This document shows, piece by piece, positions 1-12,300 of a DNA stretch of 57,225 bases; within the stretch, counting starts at the first letter, position 1, and every line of letters begins with the position of its first letter. Below the pieces are notes generated by a model, which saw only the letters and a list, made by a program, of their open reading frames with translations, was not told the origin of the DNA and did not search any database. A program made the translations under genes and the position numbers. This DNA is from Toensbergia leucococca (lineage: Eukaryota): the NCBI GenBank assembly GCA_022813965.1, contig JALDZS010000154.1, positions 1 through 57,225 on the forward strand, read 5' to 3'.

Positions 1-1464
1 ATGAGGCTCATGTTTCTCTTGAAGCATTACATCTCTGCTAGACATCTGGTCATTATTGGGCACAGGACGACTGTCCGTTGTATACAGCATGTCTGGGTTT
101 TTCCGACGACGGTCAAGAGCATCTCCCCATGCACGCTGACGATGAACCAACTCTATCCGGTCCCATTTATTTTGATCATACTGGTTATCTTCGAACAAAA
201 TATAAGGCCTGTCCTCAGGACCTATATATTGGATTGGGTTTCCGTGATTGGGTTTTGTACTGTGTGATCGAAGCAAGTTATCGTTCTGACTTCTGGTCCT
301 ATAATCCACAGGTTGCATTTGCATATCGTCGGCCAATGCGTGGCTCGATATAATTTCTACGCTGTCTTCACGATCAGCAAACAAATCATCTCCATCATCC
401 ATCTGGCGATGCTCATCCTCTTCATCGTCATCAGGAATAACAATGACCTCGCGGAGGATGTCTTCCATGGCTTCTGGATCATCATCCTCGTCGTCTCCGC
501 GCCACTGAGCTAGTTGGTCAAGACAAGGCTGCTCAACACGTTCTCTTGCTTCCAGCCAGGAACCAGTTTTAAGCAACTTGTCATAGTCGGTATATATGTG
601 TCTTATGTGAGCAACAACTGCAAGTTGTACCCGCCTAGGCAGAGATAGTGGTGCAGTGCCAACGCGCGATTTACCCTAAGACGATCAGCACTTGGACACT
701 TTTGGCAACGTGTAAATATACTTTTTGGAAAGCTCGAGCGATAATCTCATGCAAATCCTTGTTCGGGATTTTTGGGAAAAGGTCCTTGATGGCCTCCCGA
801 GCCTGAGTATCCAAGGTTGCTTGAGAAATATTAGACTCTGGAGATTCCTCATGAGTGCCTTGGACCCTTTTCTGCTTCTTCGTTAAGGCCCATTTTTCTT
901 CATCGAGTCTTGCTTGCTCGATGGCAGCGTTTTGGCGACGTAGAAATATATGACCAGATTTTGTTAAGGATATGCCGAGGCTCATGCAAGCCTTTTCTAC
1001 AATGTAGCTTGGGAAGTGATATCCAATACGGTGCACTTGATGAGACAAGTTTGCCTGATGTTTGTGACGACTCGTCTAAATATGTTCAGAAATCTGGAGG
1101 CCGGTCACTAGTCAAAGGGATCTTTTACGAACCGAAACGATATAAACCCTGACTCCATCTTCTTTTGCAAGCTGTTTGCAACGATTCGTGATCTGGGGAT
1201 CTCCAGCAGGAATGAATGTATGTCCTGGTGGCGCTTTCGCATTACCGTAAAACTAGATGTGAGATGACAGCGGTCAGTCACTAGCTATCTAGTTCTGTGC
1301 CGAGTGAAGTCACTTACTGTAGTCGCAAGCTTCTTCTTCTTCTTCTTTTCCTGGACCTGCTCAAAAACAATTCTGTAAGAAGGCTTTTTCACTTGTGCAG
1401 TACTTTTGTGACGCGCAGCAGCTGGAGCAGCTGATACAGCACGCTGACGATGGACTCGAACCAT
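1..1464 (-). CDS. DUF2293-domain protein, multi-exon, 3' end runs off the window
   Basis: ATG at 1464 (MVRVHRQR). Spliced exons give QAREAIKDLFPKIP...RAFQK|GKSRVGTAPLSLPRRVQLAVVAHIRHIYTDYDKLL...WRG, the DUF2293 signature, followed by an acidic tract. The frame is open to position 1. Confidence 0.8.
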
Positions 1465-1820
1465 CTGTCGAGCTTTGAGTACCTTACTTCTCTGAGTCAC
1501 GACCTATTGTATTAGTTCATGTTCACTCTCGATTGCATTTGCAGCTATGCCATGATGGAGTTTCAAACTTGTCATGAAGCATCTTCATGTTGACAGTGCT
1601 TGTCAATAGCCGGCTTGTTGGCGGTAAATTTGGTGAAAGGTTAGAGGATGCTCAGGAAACGAGTGGTTTAAAGAATCGAGGAATCTCTTTCCTCCGGACT
1701 ATTCTAGAATATTCTAGGGAGAGTCACAATTTCCTGAGTCACGGCAAGTTCCGGCCCGGACATTTCACACCCAATTCTCGAATCCGAGGATTGCACATTG
1801 CACAATCCAAGACCGACTTC

Positions 1821-2264
1821 ATGACGCCCAGCAACCAAGAGATTCTTCACTCCTACCGTAATCTCCTCCGCACCGGTCTTCACGCAGTCCAATACGCAAA
1901 GCCTGCTCGATACACCGTCCAAAGCCGTCTAAGAAACGCCTATCGCACCAACGGCTCCGCCGATTTCAACGCTGAGAAAATCCAAAATACGCTTCTATTC
2001 CTGAAGAACGCAGCAAAAGAAACGGGACTAGAACATCGTATCTTGAAGAACCTGTTGCACGTGTGGTGGTACCAGACGAAAGGTTTTCGGAAAGAGTATG
2101 GTTCAATGGCTTTTGTGGGCTTCGTGCTAGTACTAGCAAACTGATGTGGGTATAGGAATAAAGCACTGATAATTGGGGATTCAAATATGGGAAAAAATGC
2201 GTTCGGTCATTTTGATGTTACGTTGAAGATGCTCAATGAGAGTATGGAGATGTGTCTTGCCTGA
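1821..2264 (+). CDS. DUF1763 / LYR-like small protein, probably mitochondrial (2 exons)
   Basis: MTPSNQEILHSYRNLLRTGLHAVQYAKPARY...GLEHRILKNLLHVWW. GT-AG intron 2096-2155, then ...HFDVTLKMLNESMEMCLA-stop. Confidence 0.75.
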
Positions 2265-3107
2265 TTTACTCGCCCAGCTCGAGCATACATGCTTGGTCAT
2301 GGATGACGAACTCTTGATGGAGCTGGCATACCTAGCCTGTAAATCAATCTGGCTTGGAATTGCTGCCAAGGCTCAAAACCCGCTTGGGCGCTGAACAACA
2401 CCACGCCACACCCCCGATCAATCTAAGCTTAAGACGAAAACCACAAACCGCAAGATTGTCTTATCAAAATATTTACATCTCTCGGCAAGAGAGTTATCAC
2501 AATCAGGGCCCAGTATTCAAGGCAACGAATTCGATAAGAGACATATTCTTGCATCCATCTCCAGAAACTGTGGCGCTTTGCCTCTGCATTTTTAAAGATC
2601 GGGCAGATCAGAGGGGTTCCAGAACCCCGCCTTACATTGCATTGGCTGAGCTGCCGCTCGTGGCACTCAAAGGTCAGGAGCTTGACCGAAAGATGCCTCT
2701 TTAGTGAACAGCAGCGGAACCAAAGATATTAATACAAATCCCACTAGTTATGGTAACATCTTTTCCATCACAGCATAAGGGCAAAAGATCGGATTCCGAA
2801 GATGCCTTTCACTACATCTGAAGTGCCAGAGCCGGGAGAAAAGCATCAATTCATTAAGATTAAGAATGGTTAGGTATACTATGCTCCTTGCTAGAACCCA
2901 AGTATCAGTACGCATTTCCTGCGAGTAGCATCAAACTACAGCCCTGCAACTATTCTGCTTGAAGCAGCTATGACAAGCCATTTTCATACGTCCAATTATC
3001 GTATGGCGAATCACCAATAGTAGCTCCGCTCAACCACCAACCAAGCTTCACCTTCCCCCTCTGCCTCCATTAAGTAACCATCCCAGCCCGAACCCACCCC
3101 CCTAAAT

Positions 3108-3716
3108 TCAACCCCTCTTCTCAAACGGATCACCCGCCCCCTCATCCAACAATTGTAACACCCTCCCATCCTCCAGCTTCAAGCTCCACTCCTGAACCTC
3201 AAACTACCACCCCCCAGAGTCAGCAAATCCAATATCTCAATCCTCACTCCAAAAAACCCCATAACTCACCCTCCCCATCCTCGTTCCCCGAGTCCCCCGA
3301 AATCTAACCACCCCCCGCCCCCTCGTCCCCTTCACCCCAAACCGCACATCAACCCTCCCTTGCACCAAATTCACAGTCCCCCATATCCAAGGCACCGCAT
3401 CCCGAAAATAAATCTTCTCCCCCAGCTCCCGCCGACTCGTCTCCCCGGTCCGGAGCGCGTACAGGATGCTCTCCACGATGGGCGAGGAGGTTTTTTGGTA
3501 GTTGAAGATGGCGAGGCTGGAGGCGGTGAGGGCGAGGAGGAAGAGGGGGAGGGTGATGAAGTAGGGGCGGAGGGGGTGGGGGAGGGGGGGGAGGGGGCGG
3601 TTGGGGAGGCGGGTTTGGAAGGGGGTGTTGGGGGCGGAGAGGAAGGGGCGGGTTTGGTGGGAGGGGAGGGGGCGCGAGATAGGGCGGAGGAAGAGGCGCG
3701 TGGGGAGGGGGCGCAT
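3108..3716 (-). CDS. COA1: Cytochrome c oxidase assembly factor 1 (2 exons)
   Basis: Arg/Pro-rich presequence, one TM helix, then FNYQKTSSPIVESILYALR...PWIWGTVNLVQGRVDVRFGVKG. Intron 3204-3269 (GTGAGT...TAG), then FEVQEWSLKLEDGRVLQLL. Confidence 0.88.
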
Positions 3717-3881
3717 TGTTGAGGGTGGTGCTGGTGATTGTGTGCGAATACCTAGGTGGAATGGGCAGTTCGCCCCTCAAATTTTCTAGCGAGCCTCAAA
3801 ATCAATCCCACCCCACCCCCCAACTCCCCTATTACACCAACCACCCCCATTTTCCTCAACCAAGAATTCAGAAGAATAAGG

Positions 3882-4742
3882 ATGGCCACCCCCCACCTCC
3901 GCAAGACCTTTCACTACCCCTCCGACCCCTCCTCTGACGAAGAAACCCTCTCCCCCTCCCTCTCCAGCCGCGGTTCGTCCCTCCTCCCATACCCAAGTCC
4001 CCCAACCCCATAGCTAAACTACTCCCCCAAACCCCAGAGCAAGAAGTCCTAATCGCCAAATTGCGGCACGAAAACTCCGAGCGCAATGACGAGTACATTG
4101 TCAGTCCCCCTATTCCTCCTGCAAAATTCCAAGCCCTCACCACGAAACCAAAAACCAAGAATGCCCCTGCTAACCCAGCCCACCACAAAAACCCAGCGCA
4201 TCCTCCTCGCAATCCCCCTAATAGCAAGCACGCTCTATCTCCCCGCCCTCCTAACCTCCCGCCTCCCAGCCGTCTACCTCCTCAGCCTCCTCTCCATGAC
4301 CTCTCTCCTCACAACAGCCTACACTCTCCTCTTCATCCCCGCAAGTGCACCCCTTACACAAAACCAAAACCAAAAACAACAACAACAGCAACCCACCACC
4401 CCAGTGGAAAAATACCTCCCCTCAATGAACGGACTCCTAACCCTCATCCTGGCGCTCAACTCCATAGGTTTCAAGGACCGCAGAGGCGTGCATGAGGGCT
4501 TTTGGGTGCTGTGTTTTGCGCCTGGAGGTTAGTCGGCTTTTCTTCCCCCTTTCTCCCATTCCCCCCCAATCCCAACTTTATCCAGAGGTTTAGAGGAGAA
4601 AGAAGGGAATGGGCTGATTTGGGGACGGGGGCGTTTGCGGTGAGTAGTTGTTTTTGCGGCTGTTGCTGTTGCGAGGAGGTGGATGCTGGAGGTTGATGTG
4701 GGGGAGTTGGAACGGTTGAAGTATGCGGATAAGGGGGATTGA
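3882..4742 (+). CDS. Conserved fungal small multi-pass membrane protein (4 exons)
   Basis: MATPHLRKTFHYPSD...|EQEVLIAKLRHEN...|RILLAIPL (hydrophobic helices)...|ARRWMLEVDVGELERLKYADKGD-stop. Introns 3973-4037, 4100-4196 and about 4528-4647 keep the frame. Confidence 0.75.
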
Positions 4743-6960
4743 GGGGGTTGGGGAGTGGGGAGTGGGGGATGGGGTTTGAGGGGGTGGGATGGGAAGGAGG
4801 AGGACTGGTGTGGAGAGGTGAGGTATAGATACATCTCCTCGGTACTCGATACCATAAGCCCGATTCACGTACGCAGATGGCCATTCCACGGCCTCATTTA
4901 CACCTAACAGTGTCCATAACCCTCTAAAATCTATTTTATATGGTGACAATATCACACTCACTCAATCTTTCCATTCGGAATCGACTGAGCAGCTAGTGCC
5001 TGACTTCGTCAATTTAAAGCTTGAGTATTAGGAGCGCCGGCGGAATGGGGTTGGTATTGGAGCGAATGTGTATTTTTGGAGGGGATGGAGGAGATGGGTT
5101 CTTGTTTCTTTGTGCTTTATTGGTTTTTCTTTCTTGTTCTTGGATGAGAAATCATGGTGTTATTCTATATAGTCACCTCCCACCTCCCAACGTTGGAGCT
5201 ACCACCCCCTCACTCAGATATCCAATCCCTCGCATATTCGCAAATAGAAGTGCTTCTCTGTTCTCACATCTTGATTGCACCTGCGGGCTAGATCTCCCTT
5301 TGGACTGATTGTGCTTAATTTCATTCATCCGCTTGTCCTGACTGAGAATGTATATCTTGCACAACTTCCCTGCTATATTACGTGCGAGGAGGGAGGGGTT
5401 GGATGGGTGAGATGGGCGAAGTGGGGATGGGAGGATTATTTTGCTAGAGATTGTGGTGTTGAAAGTTCTGCGGGCTGGAAATATCCACATTCGTCACTTC
5501 CTTCGAGCTTTTTCTTAGGGAAGGGGGGGGAATGATAGTGTGGTCTGACCGATGATTGCGGCGGCGGGATGTTTACTGGTCATACCTCCTTACAAGCTCT
5601 AGGGGTGGGTGAGCTTTAGGGGTCGATGAGAGTGGGTTCGAAGTGTTTTGGAGGAAGTCAGCTCGACTGTGCAGTCGAGGGATCGGACTTTCGAAGGCTG
5701 TGCTCGGGGTTCTGGGACCGCAGAGTTGAGGGGCCTATGTTATCAAAGGTCTTATATAACGTGTGGTTTTACCGACCATATAGAATATATGAGACCCAGG
5801 GAAGCCTTGGCCCTCTCCTTCTCTTGTGTCGGAAGTTGGACGTGTCAGGAAAGACCTCCCAATCCATTTGGTCAATTCCACCGCCGCCCAGAAAGAAGAT
5901 GCTTCAGAGCAGATGATTTCACATCTTTATTTATATCTTGCGTTTGAGCTTCCCTGACGGCCCCGTCATGATTTTCCTGGATACCGGCACGGAGTGAAAC
6001 TTCCCTTGGGGCTTGGGCGTCTTCACCCATCTCAAATCTCGCTCGGGCTATTTTCTTCTCATCATCACCAAATTCATTCAAACTCACCCTGAGCTTGATG
6101 GCGGCGATGACGAGCTTTACGAACGAGCGCTAATGTGTACCGGTTGCGAAATTGAAATGCAATGGCAGAATCAACCCATGTATCCAAGTTGGTTACATAG
6201 GCGGCTGAAGTGCACGAGTGTTTCCGAGCAGCGAGCGATAAATTGCTGCAAGGCAGAGCGCCCGATTCACCCATGAGGCGGCCGGCTATACTGAACCATC
6301 GAACCTTGCCTTGGAATAGATGGTCGCGTTTCTTCCATGGTAAAAATGATAGGACAAATGCGGCCACAGCAGCCCCGTCAGACTGGCTAGAATGCACATG
6401 GAAGTGGCGAAGAAGGCAAAGAGAAAGAACTTCACCGTGAGGGAACAATTTCAAGATTTCTTTCCCTCCGGATTGGTAGCTGTCGCCCAGAAAACTGGCT
6501 CATTCAAGCTGCGGAGGTCGACGGTTTTCTAGCCAGCTTGTATGGATAAAAGACTTAAAGAAAGACACAACGGCTACGATAAACTAAGCGTTTGCTACTT
6601 GGAGAATACTGCTCAATGCTTAAGCATAATGCTTCAAACAAGGCAATTAATCGAGGACTGCTATAAATTGCCTTCTTATCAGCATCAATGGAATACCAGA
6701 ACACCCTTCTTCATGATGCTAAGCGAGCTTGTCTCCATGTAGGGCTTGTGCTGAATTGTGAGACATTATGAGGAAGAGATGATCGACATGACTTCAGATG
6801 CAAAAAACTTGTCATCGAGTTACCTGGAAGGCCGCGTTACGGCAGAGCAATGAGCCCCTTGTGTACTAGCAGCGGAAGACACTTGGTGGATGTCTGCCTC
6901 TGCCTAGAGGACAATGGACCCTACAGATCGGGGCTTGTAGGTATCCTTCCTAGAAAAGGC

Positions 6961-7080
6961 CTCATCGAGGCAATGTTTCTCATCGAGGCAATGTTTCTCA
7001 TCGAGGCAATGTTTCTCATCGAGGCAATGTTTCTCATCGCGGCAATGTTTCTCATCGAGGCAATGTTTCTCATCGAGGCA
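6961..7080. repeat. 18-bp minisatellite (CTCATCGAGGCAATGTTT) x6 plus a 12-bp partial copy
   Basis: Directly visible. There is a single substitution, in unit 5 (CTCATCGCGG). No spacers. Confidence 0.98.
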
Positions 7081-7455
7081 GTAGCCTATAAGAGAAGAGA
7101 CATGCAAGTCAATTCTTCTGATCCATTGCGAACAGCATTTAATCTGTATCATTGTCTAACATTCAATTAACGGCAAAGGATTCCCTGATGCTGCCCAGCT
7201 GTGAATACTTTCCGGACCATCCGTCACTGCAGTGAATGTTCTCTGACTGTGAATACTTTTCAGAGACGAGCTCTCAGTCAAGTCAGCTGTGAATACCATT
7301 CAGCTGTGAATGCTTTCCTGGAAAAGGTAGTCAACGACTGGTATAAGGATACTTGAGCGCACTGTGCTGTCTTCTCTTCACCGGTATACTCATTCCCCAA
7401 GGAGGAACTTTCAACCATCTTTCGAACCACGCAGCTGTTGAAAGCGCTTGCCATC

Positions 7456-7921
7456 ATGAAGTCTTCGATCGGCAGCAACGTTAAGTTTCTGTTGCTTCTC
7501 AGCATCCTCGGTGTATACGTCAACGCTATCCCAATGGTAAGACCCCTCCCAACGCACTCTGGAGCATAGAAATGACCTTTTGCAGGCTGAAGACGACACC
7601 GAGTCCGAATTAGACCTTCAGTCTCGAGGACAAATACCAGCAGGAGACGTGCTACCCATCCCCACCTGGGACGAGCCAAACATCCATAGCTTACTACCCG
7701 TGGCGTGCCAACTCATCACCTGCACTGGCGATGGCCTATGCGGAAGTCACGATTGTGGTATCTGCGCATGGGAACCTCATGGAGTGTATGGCTATTGTAG
7801 AGACCCGCCACATGGGCGTAAGTAGTATCCGCTTCGTGCATGGAGTTGAATTGTTCGTGCTGATTTTCAAATCGCAGCAACCTTAGCACCTTACCATGGT
7901 CCACCTGACCCTAAGCCCTGA
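7456..7921 (+). CDS. Small secreted Cys-rich prepropeptide, knottin-like (3 exons)
   Basis: Exon 1 (7456-7536) is a signal peptide, MKSSIGSNVKFLLLLSILGVYVNA-IPM. Intron 7537-7585. Exon 2 has an acidic pro-region then CQLITCTGDGLCGSHDCGICAWEPHGVYGYC. Intron 7818-7877 (GTAAGT...GCTGAT...CAG). Exon 3 is PTLAPYHGPPDPKP-stop. Confidence 0.72.
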
Positions 7922-9321
7922 GACTTGTGTAGGAGAGATGTGGAGAAGCGGGAAGGTGGTGAATTGAAGGTATGAGACTGTCGGACGGACGTGGTTTGCT
8001 AAAGAAATAGATTTGCCTCCATGTTGAGTGCTGAAGAATTTCGAAAATTTAGTAGGAATTGCAGAATAGCAGAATAGCAGCGCTCAAGACTAGAAATTTA
8101 CGTTGTCGGCTTTTGATCTCTTTACCGTGAAAATCACACTGATGACTTGACAGCCACATAGAGCTCTCTGACTCGCTCTTTGTGTTGGAGTTTGTTAACG
8201 GAGATATATGCACTGTAAATTTTCAACCCATCACCTTGAGCTCAATAATTATGCACATACCAAGTCTTTTGTGACAGATTGAGAACTAGAAAGTGCTGCA
8301 CTCTACAGTGCAAAGATTTTTGGGCATCTTAAGAGTGCCGATAGATAGATAATACCCTGGTTTGGTAAGGCTAGCAAATTGTGCCTCTCGTCGCTCAGTG
8401 ACAACATCTTACATGCGGCTCTTAGAAGTTAAGATTTTCTCGTCAACGTTGCCTTTGAGATCCGTCAGTGAGTTCAGCCCCATGGTAATGTCGATGGTAT
8501 AGGTCCGAGACCGTGGAATTTCTCTGAACTGTTTCGCAGCATGTCGGAAGAACACCTTTCACCCCCCGATGAGGTCCTGATTGGAAGCAGAGGCTCTATC
8601 GCCTCTTGGTTTGTGTATTCAGTCTGGCCACGAATGTGACTTGAAAAGCACTTATTCTCTATTCTAAAGAGTGATATCCCTTGTAATTCCTTTAATTCGC
8701 AAGCGTAACAATTCTGCTATCAATGATCAAAGGGGTAAGAAAGCCTTAATGTGATCCTAAAGTGAACAAGGGCACTATTCCAGGCAATCTAAAATACCTG
8801 CCACTCTCAGCAGAGAGAGCAAATGAGGAAGTGGAGGTTTGTCCTGATAGAGATGGAGTACGGAGCACCGTAGTAAATGACAACGCAGATGACTGATGAT
8901 ACTTTGATTGGTGCGGAATTCCCCAGGTCGCGGCTCGCACAAACGCGGAGGTATCTAAGTCAAAGAGCCTCAAGCTCTATCAGATTAATCAGCTAACCTT
9001 TTTGACTTCTTGCTCCGCCGAAACTAGAGTACTTAACGCTTGGCCTACACTATCTAGAAATATGTTTGACTGAGGGTTGAAGCCATCTAGTCCTGACCTT
9101 AACCACCTCTCTCCAACCTTTTAGATCTCGCTCTGTATTACGACTATCCTCACCCCACCAAAGGCTCAACTTACTCAGTTGGTATCACTACAAGTCCTAC
9201 CTCTATCCTGTGCGGTACTCCCCTCATATCAAACCACTCTGGGACTACGATCAAGCACTTCAGCCGGCATATCGAAGATCCTTCCCCCATTTGGGAGCCC
9301 ACCTGATCTTTATCTGCCACG

Positions 9322-12300
9322 ATGGCTATGTCTGTGGAGGAACTAGATAGAACAGTACAGGCTTTCTTTCAAGGTCATGGGGCAGCGGTCAGTATACAAA
9401 GCTCTATATCACCTTTAAAATTCTCGATACTCTTTGACTAACAGCCCATATGTAACAGCAAAAACAAGCCGACAATACTCTGAATCAGGTACCTACGATC
9501 CCCGCAAGCCATTTTCACCCAGCTAGAGTGGCGCTGACTATACCTAAAGTTCAAAGAAAATCCTGATGCTTGGCTGATGGTTGACAAGATATTGCAAGAG
9601 GCTACATATCCACAAACAAAGTGTTCGCCATTTGCTACAAGTCTTCGCCCCTTGACTGCAACCCGTGCTAATACGATCTAGATATTGGTCTACAAGTCCT
9701 GGACAATGTCATTATGACGAAGTGGAAGATTTTACCTCGGGAACAATGTCAAGGTAGGCTTCCTGGAATCGGTGTCGATATTATCACTGACGGTCAATGA
9801 CAGGCATCCGGAATTTCGTGGTCAACTTCATCATACAAAGCTCCAATTCCGAAGACAGTCTCAAGTCTCAGCGCACATTCATCAACAAGCTGAACCTAGT
9901 TCTCGTTTCTATACTGAAGCAAGAATGGCCGCACAACTGGCCCACCTTCATCAACGAAATAATCTCCTCTTGTCACACCAATCTATCGATATGCGAAAAT
10001 AACATGGCTATTCTGCGTTTGCTTTCAGAGGAGGTCTTCGATTACTCGGCCGACCAGATGACTTCGGCCAAGACTAAGAACCTCAAAACTACAATGTGTG
10101 CAGAATTTGCGGCAATATTTCAACTATGTCTGGAGGTTCTTAAAACTGCAAATCAAGCAAGCTTGATCAAGGCTACTCTTGAGACCCTTCTGTGCTTTCT
10201 TAATTGGATTCCACTCGGATTCATTTTCGACTCTCCAATTATCGAGACTTTGCGGAGTAGATTTCTGGAAACCCCCGAGTTCCGCAACATCTCCCTCAAA
10301 TGTCTTACCGAAATCGGCGGTCTTCAGATCGGGCAACAGTACTCGTATGACGAAACCCTGGTACGAATGTTCACAGAGGTCTTGACAACTGTGTCGAAAA
10401 TTATCCCCTTGTCCATTAGTCTCAAAGAAACCTATGCGAAGAGTAATGCTCGAGATCAGGAATTCGTACAGAACCTTGCACTGTTTCTTTGCAATTTTTT
10501 CACTGTGCACCTTAACGTGAGTAGAATTTGAAATCTTTTACATGATTCAGCTAATTCAACTAGATCGTTGAAAATCTGCCCAATCGCGAATATCTTACAC
10601 ATGCTCACTTTTATTTGATACGGATATCCCAGATAGAGGACCGAGAAATATTCAAGATTTGCTTGGAATATTGGACGAAGCTCGTTCAAGAATTGTATGA
10701 GGAGATGCAACAGCTGCCAATCACCGATATTAACCCCCTCATCAGCATGGGCGTCAGTGGGTTGTCAAATGGTGGCGCACCTCACCCCAATGTACTTGCT
10801 AACTACCCATTACGCAAACACAAGTACAATGAAGTTCTTTCGAATCTACGGCAGGTCATGATCGAAAAGATGGTGCGGCCTGAGGAGGTTCTAATTGTTG
10901 AGAACGATGAAGGAGAAATTGTCCGTGAATTTGTAAAGGAGAGCGACACAATTCAGTTGTATAAGACCACACGAGAGTGTCTCGTCTATCTTACTCATTT
11001 GGACGTTGTCGACACTGAGAATATCATGTCTGACAAACTTGCAAGACAAGTCGATGGGACAGAATGGTCGTGGGTCAATTGTAATACTTTGTGCTGGGCC
11101 ATTGGCTCCATCTCGGGGGCAATGAATGAAGAGACCGAAAAGCGCTTCCTGGTGACCGTTATCAAAGATCTACTTGGCCTCACAGAAATGAAACGAGGCA
11201 AGGACAACAAGGCCGTGGTTGCAAGCAACATTATGTATATTGTTGGCCAATACCCGCGATTCCTCAAAGCACATTGGAAATTTCTCAAGACTGTTGTCAA
11301 CAAGCTCTTCGAATTCATGCACGAGACTCACGAAGGTAAACGCGTCTTCTCTCCAGTATGCTTTTTTGATCAAATCACTGACGCCAATTTAGGTGTTCAG
11401 GATATGGCTTGCGACACGTTCATCAAGATCGCCAACAAATGCAGACGCCATTTCGTGGCCTTGCAGCCCGGGGAAACGAGTCCTTTCATTGAGGAGATTG
11501 TTCAGGGGATGCGCAAAATAACCATCGATCTATCCCCTCAACAAGTTCACACATTTTATGAAGCTTGTGGATATATGATTAGTGCTCAAGGCCAAAAGGG
11601 GACCCAGGAAAGGTTGATACAAGAATTGATGTCTTATCCAAATCAAGCAGTGTGTTTGTCTCCATCTCCATTGCCAAGCTTGTGCTAATCCGATGATTCA
11701 GTGGGATCAAATCATTGCCCAAGCAAACCAAAATCCCGCGGTTCTCCAGGATGGCGACACCATCAAAGTCGTTGGCAACATAATGAAGACGAATGTTGCC
11801 GCCTGCTCGTCCATTGGCAGCTACTTCTATCCCCAAATTGGGCGCATATATCTTGACATGTTATCCATGTACCGTGCAACAAGTCAGATGATCTCGGATG
11901 CAGTCACCTCGGAAGGTAAGTTCTCTGTTCTTAGCCCAATGGCCTACCATGTAGACGCTGATTGTTTAGGTGTCATTGCTACAAAGATGCCTAAAGTCCG
12001 TGGACTACGAACTATTAAGAAGGAAATCCTGAAGCTCATCGACACTTATGTTCAGAAAGCAGACGATATGGAAATGGTCAACACCAATATCGTTCCTCCC
12101 TTGTTGGATGCGGTATTGATTGATTATAACCGTAACGTCCCTGACGCGCGCGACGCAGAGGTACTCGATGTGATGACTACTGTCATTACCAAGCTACATG
12201 TACGTTGGACTCCTCATACCTCGAAGTACTCGGTCAGAACCGTTGGTCAAGAATTGGTTGAGGGCCACGCTAATGTTTAACAGAGCCTTATGGAGGATAA

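Noticed and set aside
3349..4961. Pro-rich and Gly/Glu-rich overlapping ORFs
   Set aside because: These are shadow frames produced by the extreme C/G skew over two real spliced genes.
6961..7080. CRISPR-like array
   Set aside because: The units are contiguous with no spacers, the context is eukaryotic, and there are no cas genes.
6850..7170. Repeat-peptide ORFs (LIEAMF)n on plus and (CLDEKH)n on minus as RiPP or metal-binding precursors
   Set aside because: They are a by-product of a stop-free 18-bp unit. There is no signal peptide, no Kex2 sites between units, no synonymous divergence, and no DUF3328 or other tailoring gene nearby.
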